A stretch of 57,760 nt of DNA, counting the filler, from Sphacelaria rigidula (lineage: Eukaryota), in the NCBI GenBank assembly GCA_964200075.2. It is 4 parts of 4 records of this genome, joined end to end, with 100 filler letters (N's around TTAATTAATTAA, not from the genome) between each part and the next. Parts side by side here need not be neighbours in the genome. Positions count along the whole stretch, not along the records: positions 1 to 14,366 come from CAXNAA020002288.1; 3 more parts are not named here. One strand, given 5' to 3'. Position 1 is the stretch's first letter. The number at the start of each line of letters is the position of its first letter. Below the pieces are notes generated by a model, which saw only the letters and a list, made by a program, of their open reading frames with translations, was not told the DNA's origin and ran no database searches. The position numbers and the translations under genes were made by a program. Below, one piece after another: positions 1 to 12,911 of the stretch.

Positions 1-11
1 GTAATGTGTGA

Positions 12-182
12 CACATCGGGAGGTGGCGTTGGTTTGGGAGGGGGTGGGGGGGGGTGGGTGGTGGGGGTACTCATGATCTCGCATGCCCTACTGTAGCCAC
101 ATGACCGTTGACCTCGCATCCCTACATAGCCGGGACGAAGCACACCGGGTTTTCCCCGGACCAGGCGAACATTCAATCACCA
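12..182 (+). repeat. Dispersed ~170-bp repeat, second copy at ~14103-14263
   Basis: Shared string gtactcatgatct...tagcca(c/t)atgacc..tgacctcgca..cctaca..gccgggacg..g...ccggaccaggcga.ca.tcaatcacca at both sites, each preceded by a G-rich run. Confidence 0.7.
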
Positions 183-576
183 AGCGCGAAGCGCCGGGAT
201 GTGCTCGGCGAGTCGCATGAAGGGTGAGCTGCATCCTGCCAAGATTATTCGGCCCAAAGCGTACTGGTTATCTTGCATATGGATGACAACTTCTAATAAG
301 TTGCTTTATTTTCTGCTGTGGCCACTTCCAGAGGCTGCCGCAGGTTACACATTGCCTAATGATTGTCCCACCATTTCAACACCACGTATTACGACTATCC
401 TCTTCGCGCGGAGTCGAGGTTCTCCCACCCCTCACAATATGATTTACCTTAAGCACCATCATGGTTACCGTCAAAAAGCGAAGACGAGCAAAAAATGAAA
501 GCCTGGTTGCCTAGCTTACGCAGTGAGTGACGTCTTTTACAGAATCGCGGGCGCACGCGGGAGGGGGGGGGGATAT

Positions 577-775
577 TGTTTGCTTGCCTCAGTCATTTGA
601 TCGTTGACTATGCATCCCTTTCGAGAATGGAGCACCATTCTCACTCATAATAGAGACACCTCCAACGTTTGGGCACTCATAACATTTCTTCAATTTATCA
701 TTGCATGATAAACTACCTTCCACCCATTTCATGACCCTCACTGTTTCGCCGCCTGCGGGTACCATCCACCTCCTG
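577..775 (-). mobile_element. Diverged repeat, probable LINE 3' end fragment (same family as 3761-4050)
   Basis: Aligns by eye with 3767-3955 (gcttgcctcagtca.t.ga.c.ttgac.atgcatc.ctttcgaga). Confidence 0.5.
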
Positions 776-1990
776 GTTTAGTGATAATTTTTTTCGCTTT
801 TGTATCTAATACACCGAACTTGTTCATTGTAACATTCACCCAGTTCCCTTGTCTCAACACGTCCTGTTCCGTGATATTGCAGGTGAAGCAGGTGAGATCT
901 ATGCAAGAATACGTGCATCACAAAATAAAAACATGCTTCCAAAAGGGTGTGATGGGTGGGGTATTTCCTACATCTGAATTTTGAAAAGTCGTACTCCAAG
1001 GCTACTTCTTGTGTGTAAAAAATAGTGCCCCTGAAGAAATGTACGTGAACAATGGTTGGTACTCGATTTTACTTGATTCAAGACTAAAGAAAGTTATGAG
1101 AAAATTCATGGTTTGAAGTAGGTGAGCGGTGATGAGAAGTAGACCCAGCTCGTCCACAACGTGCTTTGGTCCCAAATCGGCTCCAAGGCGTCGATTTGAG
1201 CTCTGGCAATACATGCTTTGTCTAAGAAGCACTTTTCACCCCCCTTGCCCGAGGGTTCTCGGTATGCCTTGATCAGGGTTAGGGTTATGGTTAGGGTTAG
1301 GGTTGGCAACATCTCCATAATATCAACCATTGTTTACGTACATTTCTTTCGGTCCCCTCATGAAAAAAAAAAATGTTGCTTTTTTTCAACAGAACGTTTT
1401 CCAGCAGAAATTTTGAACTAGCCCTTCTTACGTGATCGACGTTATCAAAATTGAGAAACCAGTGTTCATCGTTTTCTACCAGGCTTCTGGGCATAATTTC
1501 AAATTCTGGGGCGCGCGAGAGAGACACACATAGCACTCTGCTGTCGTGTCGCAGTGTACGGTCCGTGCTGTCCGTCTGTACTGCTGTAATACTTTGACTG
1601 AGCCGTACATGGTGGGTTGCGTGACGCAAGACGATCAATAAAAACACCGCCTTGCTGTACTGACTGTAGAAGTGACGGTTGTGCTTTTTCGCTGCACGGT
1701 AGTACTTGACTGTACGGACAGCACGGACAACACCACAGACAACAGTGCTGTTTAGTATAAATTGGTTGTAGTACTACAGTAGTAGTACTTCTTGGAGTCT
1801 TGTCTATACAGTCAGTACGCTCCTGTCTCCACAAGGCTTGGGTGCGTGGGCAGTCTGTACTGCCTCGTGATTGCTGTTCGCAACACGCTGCATGCACAGA
1901 CCTGAACTGAGCTACAATACTGTACGGACTAGATGAAGACTGTCTGCACAGAACAGCCGATCATCGAATGAGATAGCTCTTCATTGAGAG

Positions 1991-2160
1991 TGAGAACCCG
2001 CAGGATTAAAATATTCGTATCCACACCAAATCTTCGAAATATGGTTCCAATCCTTCACCACTGGTAGCTATTGGCAGTTACTACACGTCATACGAATTTG
2101 GATTTCGATAACCGAAATGTTGGGGTCCTAGGGGAAAAACGAATTCGGGGAATTTCGGTA
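1991..2160 (+). repeat. Dispersed ~170-bp repeat, copies at ~36798-36970 and ~39861-40010
   Basis: gaacccg.aggattaaaat.ttcgtat.cacac.aaatcttcgaaatatggttcc...accgaaatgttg.ggtcct recurs three times in the same orientation. Confidence 0.75.
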
Positions 2161-2789
2161 ATCTGCCTACTTCTCATGTATCGCAAACCAAACGTGTTGA
2201 AAAGTGCAGTTTTGGTCCTTCTTCGTCGTTTTCCCCCCGAGAAGAGGGCTAGGCGGATGTTAGACACCTTGAAATGGCCTGCTCTATTTGCTGAGACCGT
2301 TCCAGACCACCTTTTGCGCTTCCCGTAGGTCATAGCTGCGTTTTCGGCCAAACTTGCCATTTCAATAACACGATAAAGTTATAAAACAACAGGGGGGAAA
2401 CGGTCAAGTTATTACTTTTACTTTTAATTAATTTCCCGTCACACTAGCTCGATCTCTCGAACCTGTGGTCACAGAAGTGCGAGGAGCACATCATTCATCA
2501 TTCATACCCATGGACCAAAAAAGCAACAGAGGAAGGCTAGAAACAAACTCTCTCTAAATAAGAAAAAGGCACCGGCACTGCGAAATTCCATAAAAGATCC
2601 GTCAAACCACAGGACACTGGCTGGAGCTTAGTAGAGACAAGCGATATAACCCCACACTGGGGGGCGGCGTACAAGCTGGTTCAGATCGAATACCCAAAAT
2701 TTATTCCACGGTTAATGACGAACGCAATACCCAGCCAATATGCACGAGTGTGGTATCATACTGACCGCAATGAACAGACCAAAAGGGTG

Positions 2790-3345
2790 ACGTAGCGGGA
2801 TTTTTGTTCAAGGCTATAGCGGTGGCGCAATGGACAAAAATATGTATTGACCAACCAGCGCCTCTCAAATTATTCCAAAATTGAAAACACGAATTCCAAG
2901 CCCAATTTTCACCGAATCTCCACATGGTTTAAATCGTACTCACCGTCATCAGCTTGGGGATTTAACGGGAGAAACATATTTGAAAACGGTTCCAATGGGG
3001 TCGAATTTCGCCCCAAACCGTAATGTTTCGGTGATGTGGAGCTTTGGCGTCGTCTAATTTCCACTCATGATACGTAGGAAATACAAACAGAGCCTCGAGA
3101 CGATTTCCCTTTTATCCGTTGGAGAAAAGCTCAGATCATCCTCAAACTAGGCAGTTCCGTAGGTATTGATGCTCCAGATGGAAAAATTATATTCTCGGCA
3201 AGATTTCAAAGCTTCTCCGTTCTCTACCGGCTTCTGGGGGTCCCAGCATAGACCCCAGGAAACCGGTAGAGAATGCCCCAACACCAAATTTTTGACATCA
3301 TAGGGTTAGGTGGTATCCCAAGGAACATGTGCACCAATTTCCGTT
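2790..3345. repeat. Dispersed ~550-bp repeat with inverted copy at ~16590-17160, probable DNA-transposon relic
   Basis: ggcgtcgtctaatttccact and ggcagttccgtaggtattgatgctcca here match the reverse complement of agtggaaattagacggcgcc and tggagcatcaatgcctacggatctgcc in 16750-16890. Confidence 0.65.
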
Positions 3346-3760
3346 TTACCGTGAAAACAACTTCCCAAAAGGGCGATTCCGTACTTAAATCAAGTAGTTA
3401 CAGACTACATTATACTTCAGCGCACGTTTTGGCTTTTCCTCACGCCGTTTTTTCGATTTAGACCACGAAAATTTGCACACGTTCTGGAGGGCACTATCTA
3501 AAACTCGAAGATTGTTTTATTATTATCATTTTTTCTTCGTGGCTTTTCATCCAAGGTCGCGGTTGACCTACTGGACCAGGGGAGGGGTCAGATCCCGACT
3601 ATCTCGACACCAACAACCCTCCCACAAAACCCCCGGTCTTCAAGTTTTAGATAGTGCCCTCAAAAACATGTGTGCAAATTTTCGTGGTCTTACTCGAAAA
3701 AACGGCGTGAGGAAATCCCGGGGAACGATTTTTGGGCGTTCAATCTGAACCAGCTCGTAC

Positions 3761-4050
3761 TCATTTGTTGCTTGCCTCAGTCAATCGACCATTGACCATG
3801 CATCTCTTTCGAGACGGAGTACCGATCTTACTCATAATAAAGACACGTCCGAAATTTGGACGCCCATGACGTTTCTTCCATACATCGCACACGAGAAGCA
3901 TTTGACCGATCTTATTCCCTTCCTGTTTCGCCGTCTGTGGCCACCACCCATCTACCGGGATCGCGATCGTTTCCTCTCTACTGTCTAATGTACCAAACGA
4001 TCTCATGCCACCTTCGTTAACTTCCCACATTTCCCCCTCTGACACATCCC
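3761..4050 (-). mobile_element. Probable 3' end of a non-LTR (LINE) retrotransposon ORF2
   Basis: Minus-strand ORF ends ...DGWWPQTAKQEGNKIGQMLLVCDVWKKR...TEASNK*, resembling a LINE ORF2 C-terminal tail. Further copies at 577-775 (-) and 14467-14520 (+, cut by the gap) reach the same 3' end. The family call is inference. Confidence 0.5.
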
Positions 4051-4656
4051 GTTCCTACTTGTTAAGTTCACATTTTGCCACCTCAGGAGTTCGACTCTCT
4101 ATTTCCTTGGGTGGGGGGGAGTTGAGACCTTGTTTCAGTGGAAATCAAGACATGAACCCACAGGCAGCCAATAGCTTGTGATCTGAGGACTTGAAGACCT
4201 TATTATTATTATCATTATCTTTCTCATTATCATGGAAACGTTAGCTCATGTACATATACAAGTCAATGTTCAGTTCCGTAGCACTACTGTTGTAGCATAG
4301 TACATCCTGTCGGTCTAATGCGTGTCGGTTTGTGAGTAACGTATGATATGCGGAGGAACTACTTTGCTATGTTCTATGGCGGAGGTCACTCCAACTCCTC
4401 CTTCTCCTCCTCCCTGCTGATCTTACTACTGTCCTGTCTTCCAAGGACAGCTCCGTCTTATGGACTTTAGGGTACTCTGTGATTTATATTTGTGTGTGTG
4501 TTGGTCACCTAGGCGCCACCAACATCATATCATCTCTGCTACACAGAAGAATCATCTTGCTTCTCTTCGGCTCTCCACTGCCGAGTGTCCAGTACCTCGA
4601 CTAGCCTAGAGAGGCACAGCTTCTGCCACAGTGCCGAGGTACTAAAAGTTACCATA

Positions 4657-4689
<33 letters not shown>

Positions 4690-4690
4690 C
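4657..4690. repeat. (TAT)n microsatellite
   Basis: Direct reading of tattattattat... Confidence 0.9.
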
Positions 4691-4966
4691 TACTGTTATT
4701 TATTATTTTAATTTTTATTATTATAGAGTAAGTGTCCCTATTATGGAACAGTACCAATTGAGGAACAAGATGTTTGAATAATGCATAGCTCCGCAAAATG
4801 TTGATCGTTTTCCATTCTGCTTTTTGCTGCGTGTGCACGAGAGCACGACGCTTCGTTTGAGCTACTGCACATGCCTTGAGCATGAAAAAGCACCATCCCA
4901 TAGCACTGCGAATAAGCGTGCGTGTCTTTCTCCAAAATCAGCTTTTCGGTGGATTGGCTGCTGAGT

Positions 4967-5490
4967 ATGCAAAGAGTAAGGGTGGACCCAGGACGTGCAG
5001 CAAAGGCCGTAGAAGCGGTACGCAGCGGTCGCATGACCTTCCGTGCTGCTGCAACAACCTTTAGTATCTCCGTTGGTTCGCTGCAGAAGTGTTGTCAGTG
5101 GTACCGTGGGCATAGCTGGCAGGGTTGGCCTGGGTACTGTACTGTCGACGGAGGAAGAAATTCCATCGAAGATGTGCTGAAATTTGCCGCAGCTCGTCAA
5201 CGGGCCTGAAAAGAGATGGCCTGAAACGGGCGGCTACGGCACTCAGCAGCGACAACCGACCGGTACCATTGGATCCGGCAGTAGGCTCAGGTTAAAATTG
5301 GCTCGACTTGTTCCTTCGGAGGCACCCGCGGCTAGGTGAGCGCAGCAGCCGCATCTACAAGGCCGACAGGGTGGTGCGGCCGACGAACAAGATCGCATGC
5401 CGGAGTTTTAAGCGGCCTATGAGGACTACGTGGACAAGGAGAAGCCAGCAACCAACCACAGGTTGAACACTGACGAGACAGGTGCTTTGC
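4967..5490 (+). pseudogene. Degenerate pogo/Tc5-type (CENP-B-like, DDE_1) transposase
   Basis: HTH-psq-like AAKAVEAVRSGRMTFRAAATTFSISVGSLQK, then WLDLFLRRHPRL (CENP-B HTH-like) near 5298-5335 and NTDETG (first catalytic Asp motif) near 5466-5483. Broken by frameshifts and stops, and truncated. Confidence 0.7.
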
Positions 5491-5724
5491 AGTCTGTCAA
5501 GAGCCGTTCCGTTTATGTGATGCAACAGATGTGTCTAGAGCTAGAGCCAGCGGCTGTTGCTGTGGGGTGGTATTTGTCTGCTCTGAATTATGCCGCGTTT
5601 GAAACGGTCGACGCGAGATAGGTTTTTGTCGAAATTGGCGCCTGCGGCGTCGATTTCAGGTATGCCAACACACACTATGCCTAATGCACGTACGTACAAC
5701 GCGAATCGGATCTTTAGGAGTGCT

Positions 5725-6840
5725 AACAGTCAGTACAATGCCCTTAACTCATGAAAAAAACAAAAACTCGTGTGCACTTGTATTTATTTTTATTATGCCC
5801 TATGCATTGTCCATACCAAATTTCCGGGTCGAACGCTAAATATTGGCCGGTTAATGGGTCGTGTCGTGACGGGGTAGAAATCCGCACCAGTATTTCGCAA
5901 GCCACTCACCGGCCCACGTTTTGTGTTTGTGTATTTAAATTTTGTGTGGGCCCTCGCTAGGGTATAGTTGACAAAACAAAGTGGGTCAGGTTGATTATTA
6001 TTTTTCTTCATTGGCTTGGGGCGTTTTAGTATGGAAACGACCATTTTTTTACGAGAACGCCCCAACCTCTCCAAAACAAAATGACCGCTCATTTTTTGTA
6101 TTCAGGATACCTCTGTGGTTCTTCATGCTCAATTTCGGATTACAATGATGAAAATTGAGATAAGGCCCAAGAGCAGTGTTCATTTCTCATCTGAACTGCC
6201 CTAGGAACGGATTTTTTTTTCTGAAAACGCTGTTTCTTTCAGCTGTATCAGAGGTATCTCAAACTCGGCGATCCTGGATCATTGGACGAATAGTTCAGGA
6301 TGTCTTGGATCACGAGTTCGATAGAACTCAACGGAGATCCCGAAATGACATCAAGGATTCTCCAAATTGACCTCTGAAAAAGATCCCTCCCGGTTTATGA
6401 CGTGAAGGGGAACCAAGAACGGTAAAGAACAGCTTTCATTTGACAGTTTCACCAACTATTGGTGTGATGCACATCGCCACGTCACGTTTTTCGATCCTCA
6501 TCGTTGAAAGTTCGAAATAAGCTCGCGACCGTTCCTTGGCCTGCGAAATACTGGTGCGGATTTCTACAGACCCCGTCACGACACGGCCCATAAACCGGCC
6601 AATATTTAGCGTTCGACCCTGAAATTTGGTATGGACAACGCATAGAGCATAATAAAAACAAATACAAATGCACATATGGTTTTGTTTGTTTCATGAGTTC
6701 AGGGCAATAGTCAGTACAATACCCTTAACTCATGAAAAAAAAACTTCTGTGCACTGGTATTTGTTTCTATTATGCCTCATTCATTGTCCATACCAAGTTT
6801 CAGGGTCCAACTGTCAATTTTGGCCGGCTAATGGGCCTGC
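5725..6840. repeat. Three copies of a ~130-180-bp repeat: direct 5725-5905, inverted 6538-6705, direct 6706-6840
   Basis: ttaactcatgaaaaaaa...tattatgcc.t...cattgtccataccaa.ttt..gggtc occurs on both strands; the ORF track shows the same pseudo-peptide (HLYLFLLC...CPYQISGSN) three times. Confidence 0.75.
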
Positions 6841-7183
6841 AAACTACAAATTCGCTCCTCGACGGGCCCAGCTCGTAGGTGTTCCATTTTTGTAGTCACT
6901 GGCGGTTTCTGGTAAAAAAATGGGGGATTGGGGGGCATCACTCAACGTAGTTCATGGTACCTTAATCGTAAGCGATGGACACCAAAATTTGGGATATTAC
7001 AATCAAGACGTGTTCCGATGGGTTGAAAAAAAGAGGAGAGGATTTTTTTTTTCGTCGAGTGCGGTGTTGCCAAACACAGCCTTAATGGCCAGATTCGTTC
7101 CGAAAACTAGGCGATAGGCTATTTTCATCCCCGCATTTTTTTTCCTTTTTTCCCTGCAAAGCGGACTGCACTAATCTCATAAA

Positions 7184-7520
7184 TGTTATCATAATCTCCA
7201 GATGACCCGACCCGCTCACCAATAACCCCGGGCTAGTCGACCCGGACCGTCTTGCCGGGCCTGTCACCCTGGGACTGTCATCCTCCAATCCCCAGTCTGG
7301 GATTGTTATTCTCCCGTCTCGGAGGCTCCTCGTCGGAGCCCCCTACCCAGGCACTCTATGTTCCAACCCCAGCCCTGCCTTGCGAAGTCCGTCCCGTTCA
7401 AGTCCCGCCTCGGCTCCGCACACTTCGTTCCCTTTCACCACCGAGTGAGAAGCTACAGCATACACCCACCCACCGTCCGGGTTAGATAAGTCACACCCGC
7501 TGTCCGCGCCTGTGTCTTAT
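7184..7520 (+). repeat. 5' LTR
   Basis: 337 bp, highly similar to 12912-13250, followed by a TGGCG primer-binding site resembling the complement of a tRNA-Ser 3' end. Confidence 0.85.
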
Positions 7521-7596
7521 TTTGGCGTCGATGGTAGACTGCTAACCTACGCGTGAAATCACAATGGGTTTCCAATCCATCTCCTCAGCCACTCGG

Positions 7597-7811
7597 ACGG
7601 GACGGACTTCGCAAGGCAGGGCTTGGGTTGGTAACACAGAGTACCTGGGTAGGGGGCTCCCACGAGGAGCCTCCAAGAGGGGAGAATGGCGATCCTGGAG
7701 TGGGGATCGGAGGATGACAGTCCCAGGGTGACAGGCCCGGCAAGACGGTCCGGGTTGACTAGCCCGGGGTTATTAGTACGCGGGTCGGGTCATATATAGG
7801 TCAAAATAACA
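7597..7811 (-). repeat. Inverted partial third LTR copy
   Basis: Reverse complement reads gta|TGTTATTTTGACCTATATATGACCCGACCCGCG..., i.e. the 5' ~215 bp of the same LTR. Confidence 0.85.
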
Positions 7812-7822
7812 TACTTGAACGG

Positions 7823-8140
7823 AATCTGTGGCAAAATGTGGCCGTTAGTCACGCTATTTTCCCACAGAAGAAAACCGAAACAGGAAAATATGAAAAGGTC
7901 AGCAAATCAGCAGACAAGCCGAAGGTGAGGGCGGCTAAAACGGCGGCGCCAGCACCGGCGCCCGCTGCAGTGACGCCTGCTGCAGAAGACGCTGCAGCGG
8001 GCGCCGGTGCCGGCGCCGCCGTCTTAGCCGCCCTCACCTTCGGCTTGCCTGCTGGTTTGCTGACTTTCGCCTATTTTCTTGTTTTGGTTTTCTTCTATGG
8101 GGAAGTGGCGTGACTAGCGGCATTTTTTCGTGCACGGATT
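7823..8140. repeat. Long imperfect palindrome (fold-back / MITE-like)
   Basis: Arms such as gccgaaggtgagggcggctaa / ttagccgccctcaccttcggc and tagtcacgc / gcgtgacta pair across a centre near 7980; ORFs on the two strands give mirror peptides. Confidence 0.85.
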
Positions 8141-11100
8141 TTGTCAATCGTTGTAATATATTTCGTTAAGCGCATCACCTTATACATGGTAGGTCACATT
8201 ACCGAACCTCTTCACGAGGCACACCTTCTAGCGTTTACAGACTGTCGTCCTATCCGTGACTGTATCGTCGCTGTTGAGCCTCGAGTAGTCACAGCAGATG
8301 AAATGTCTAGAGTAGACCGTCCCGTCGTCTTCCAGTCGTTGATAGTTGCACGTACCTTGTCCCACTTGTCAGCGGTAGATGGTTCTGTAGTAGTCCAAGT
8401 TGCAAACACATCGTCTGAAGCCGTGTCGTCACCCATAGGCTTGGTTCTTGGTACCCTGTACACTGTCACTGTAGTCGATCCTGCTCTACTGCGCGTAAAT
8501 GCAGTAGCCAAAGTCCCTCCACTCCTATCGAATTGTGTACAGCTAAGGATGATCTCCAAGAACCTCTGTCTTCTGCTTTTAATGATACGACCTTCACAGT
8601 AGAGCAGCAGAACCGTGTTCGTGACTTGTGTACCGAATTTCGGCCCGCGTTTTCATTGTCTATGCGAGAGCTTGGTACTTGCACCGTGGCGGAACCCACG
8701 TTTCCCGTTTCCGAAAATACTGCTCCAGTCGACAAACCACCGTACCGTTCCAACCCCCGTACAGGCGAAGCCATCGAGAAATGTGTCGAACATATGCTCG
8801 AACGGAAAATCATTGAAGAGCGCCCTAGCGCTTGGGGTTCCCCGTCATGTATCGTCACAAAAAAGGATGGCTCGCCGAGATTCTGCGTTGATTATCACAA
8901 CACTCTCAACAAGTATCTGATGCGTAAATCTTGGCCCTTGCCCAAAATGGATACGTGTTTGGACGCCGTCCGCGTTGCTCGTTTCATCACGGTGGCGGAC
9001 GTCATGTCGTCGCGGCTGAGGATGCAGACAAGACAGCTTTCACTACCCCCGTCCGGTAAATATGTGTTTTTACGCATGCCGTTTGGTGTCATGTGTGCCC
9101 CTTGGTTGTATCAACGTATGATGTCAATCGTTTTTGGGCATCTGGGTCCGGACTCTGGTATACTGCGTTACACAGATATTTTGCGCATCACCAACACATT
9201 TGACGAACACCTCAAGTCCCTTCGTCGTATGTTTTCTGCATTACAAGCAGCAGGTCTGACCCTCAAACCGTCCAAAATTCAGTTCTCTCCCAAGGAAGAG
9301 TATCTAGGTCATGTCATCACTGCCAAAAGTGTCTCCATCGGTAAAGACCGCATTAAATCCATCTGCGATCTCGAGCCCCCCAAGTCAATCAAACAACTTC
9401 GGTCAGTCTTACGTATGGTTAATTTTATCAGGCGTTTTATCGAAGATTACGCAGTTGTGAAAATAAATATAACTTCTTGAAAGCTTGGGGTCCTGAACAG
9501 TCTGCAGCTTTTGATATCATCAAGCGTGTGTTGACCGCTGCACCAGTCTTGAAATTTCCGGATTTCACAAAAGAGTTCACAGTACACACAGACGCCTCAG
9601 AGGTTGCTCTGGGTGTTTTTTTGGTAACACCACCTCAAACTCCAAGTCCCTCGATGATGTCAGTATTATCACGTGATTTAGTAGACGCTTTTCCAAGTCT
9701 CAGCCTCACTATAGCTCAACGAACAAAGGATGTTGCGGCGTAGTCTCCACGCTCATGCATTTCCGTCCGTATTTGTGGGGTAGACATTTTACGGTCTACA
9801 CAGATCATCAAGCACTCTGCCATCTTTATCAGATTCAGGGCACCAGTAACATGCTGACCCGTTGGTCGATTCAACTGCGAAGCTTTGATTTAACAGTAGA
9901 GCATGTCCCGGGTAAATGAAATGTCGCACCCGATGCGTTGTCAAGTTTGTTTGGCGATACTAACGGCGAGGATGTCGTGTGTAAGCATCGCCTTGCGGCA
10001 ATTTGTCGGAATGTCTCTGAAGATCTACCCCGTGAGTTTGAGGTTTCAGCTCACAATCTGGATGATGTCGCCCTCGTCGACAGTGATCGCGACTCATTCG
10101 CGAGTGCTGTGTTAATGTTCCCCCTTGATCCCGACCAGTTCACCACCCAACAGGGAGCGGAGTACAGTCAATATTTTGCAAACCTGCGTAGACCAGAGTC
10201 TAGTCCACTCCCACGTAAAGAAACCAAGCACATGATGAGTCATTTCTTCCTTCTTGAAGAACGGCTTTTCAGGTCATACCTACCGGGTAATTTGCGGATA
10301 ACGATCGGATTTTCGCCATCAGTTGGTAGTTCCCAGCGCATTTTGGTCGTCAGTCATGAACGCGTGTCATGATTTACCCGCGTCAGGCGGTCACTTGACC
10401 TTCAAAGCCAATTTTGACCAAGTCTATCCATGCCGATGTTCAACGGCATATTGACCATTGTCAGTCTTGTCAACACCGTCAGACGTCTCGCCGCACACTT
10501 CAGCTCCGCATGGGACCCCGGGAAGTCACCCGCGTCTTTCAGTGTGTAGCAGTGGACTTGGTCGAGTATAAAACTCCCTCTCAGGGGAACCGTTATATCT
10601 TGTCTGCCATCGACCATTTAACTCGGTTTGTCGTTTTAATCGCCGTGCCTGACAAGCTCGCGACTACCGTCGCCCGTCAGCTGGTCACATGTGCCATTTC
10701 CGTCTTTGGTCCACCAGAAACTTTACATTCCGACCAGGGCAAGGAGTTCGAGAACCAACTTGTCAAGGAGCTTCAAACTGTCTTTGGGTACATGAAAACT
10801 CGTACCTCTGCCTACCGTTCCAAAGGCATATCTGTCCTTCAGCGTGTTCAAAGTATTGTCTACAGCATGCTCGCTGGGTACAGTGATATTGCGTGTCGCA
10901 ATTGGGCTGATTTTTTGCCCTTCGTACAACTCGCACATGATACTGCCTACTCTACTACGCAACAAGAAACGCCGCACTTTCTCATGTTTGGCCGTCCCGC
11001 AGTGTTACCAGCAGATGTCATCCTCGGTGTCCCGTCGACATCGGCTCCAGAGTTGTCGTTGGAGTATACTAGGCAGACCGTCGAGCGGATACAACTCGCG

Positions 11101-11630
11101 TATGAGTTACCCCGACGTAATCTTAAAGAGCGAGGTTATTCATAAGCATCCGTCAATGCTAAGTTGTCATTTCCCCAATTGAAAATGGGAGAGCAAGTCA
11201 CCGTCCGTACACTACAACTGATGGACCAAACCCCAAGCTCGTCAGCCCATGGCGTGGTCCTTACACTGTCCGCGCTCAGTTGTTTCCCGTTTTTTACCGT
11301 GTCAGCAAAGATGGGGAGATGTCTCAAATCACTGTTCATCTCGGAAGGTAGACAAAATACAACCCGCCCCTCGATTCGTCTGTCCCTGATCTCTCAGCGC
11401 TCGATGACTTATTTTTAGGTACAAAGTTGCCAGTCCCCGACCTCGAAGGCTCCCTCAGTGCTGTCAAGCTGGGTCCCTTCACGGTCGAAGGGATCGACGA
11501 TCGCAAGCGCATAGTTGCACCGCGTCGCCGACCAATGTCCGTACCACCTTTTGTTGAAAGGTCATCCACCAGCTATGGAAGTTTGGAAGCATCATAAAGA
11601 GGTTCCCTAGTGTCGGGGAATGATAGGTCG
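8141..11630 (+). pseudogene. Ty3/Gypsy pol (RT, RNase H, integrase, chromodomain remnant), frameshifted
   Basis: RT: PYRSNP, SAWGSP, KKDGSPRFCVDY, MPFGV, YTDI (degenerate YxDD), YLGHVI. RNase H: FTVHTDAS, VYTDH. Integrase: GGHL, HCQSCQ, VDLV, IDHLTRF, HSDQGKEF, TPHFLMFGR. Chromo-like FTVEGIDDRK...YHLLLKGHPPAMEVW at ~11479-11630. Confidence 0.9.
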
Positions 11631-12911
11631 TTTGTCAATCAATGTAACCTATTGTGTTTAGCGCGTCATATTCTACATGGTGGGTCACATTGCGTATCAG
11701 CTTTATTTTTCTCTCGTTTAATCTTGTTCCTGACATATATTTTTTCGTACTTTGTGCACTTCAGTACCGTAGTAATTCATTTATATATATATATATATAT
11801 ATTGTTATTGTGTGTGTTCTCATTGCAATACAACATGACTGCGTCACAGAGTAAAATTGCGTCACAGAGTGAAGTGGTTCCCTGTCTTCGTATTTTTTCG
11901 TTGGTGAATCCCGAATTTGGTTCTCTGGATTTCAAGGTCAGTGCGCCTCGCCACTATGTTACTAGGTTCACTGGATTTAATGAATGCTCGTCCTTGTCGG
12001 ACTCTTGCACTGCTCGAAATGTTGGGAAACAACCACTAACCTCGCACCACTGATGGATTAGGACCCCGGTCGGTTGCAAATGTTGCGTGCGCGTTCACTC
12101 CATCATCACTTCAAACTCACACTTCCACGAAACAACGAGTTGAACTCTGATTTCTCGATCTTGGACCTTCGAAGAATCGAAAAGGTGGGTATTACACGCC
12201 TGTTGAATTAGGACCCCCGGTGGTTGTACCAGAAAACATGAATACATTTCGGTATTCATCGTCGTACGTTCCCCTGATGCATTGATCATTGGGCAAAACA
12301 AGATAAACGATGATGGATTAGGACTCAAGAAAACAAAATGTTTTGCACACATCATTCATCTATCGTCTTGCATACGTCCCGTTTCGTCTTGTCAAGATAT
12401 TCTTCACGGCCACATTTTGTCACAGGTTCTGTACAATCATGACCATGTTCAAGTAGTGGTGAAAATATCCATGTCTTTCGTCAGAATAAACCTATCATGC
12501 TTCAAAGACGTCTTCTACCACACTTCAGTCAACATTTTTTCAAAAGTCACATGTGTGTCATAAGTGTCTCATGTCTGGGCAACAAGTCGTTCTGCCCCAC
12601 ATACGCGTATGTCTGCGAACACATTTGTCAAAACCCTGCCGGTTTGTCGTCAAACTGACTAAACAATATACATGTATTTGCTCCTCCGTTGAGCTTTTTT
12701 TCTGAAAAAAAGTCACGATATTGTCTCGTCCAAGTCTTTCCAAGTGTCGACCAATGTACGCATATCTCCACAACGTCTCGTGGAATGTCTCATGCCACAT
12801 AAGTGGATTGGACATTAATAAACTCGTCAGGTCTTGTCCCTAGAGGTTCAAATCCCAGTCTTTAGCTTCAGCGGAGTGGCGCGCTAACACCGCTCTAGCT
12901 GGGGGAGGGTA

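Noticed and set aside
1273-1304. TTAGGG-like run as a telomere or chromosome-fusion scar
   Set aside because: Only about five imperfect units; similar runs elsewhere in the window are internal to MITEs.
1499-1950. 132-aa Cys/Thr-rich minus-strand ORF
   Set aside because: Low-complexity CTGTAC/ACAGT-rich DNA with no protein motif or splice support.
7838-8113. Ala/Pro-rich 91-aa ORF with a hydrophobic tail resembling a membrane protein
   Set aside because: Produced by a GC-rich palindrome; the opposite strand gives the mirror peptide.
12870-12900. Hairpin plus CTAG as a Helitron 3' end
   Set aside because: The hairpin abuts CTAG without the usual spacer and directly precedes the PPT of the LTR element.
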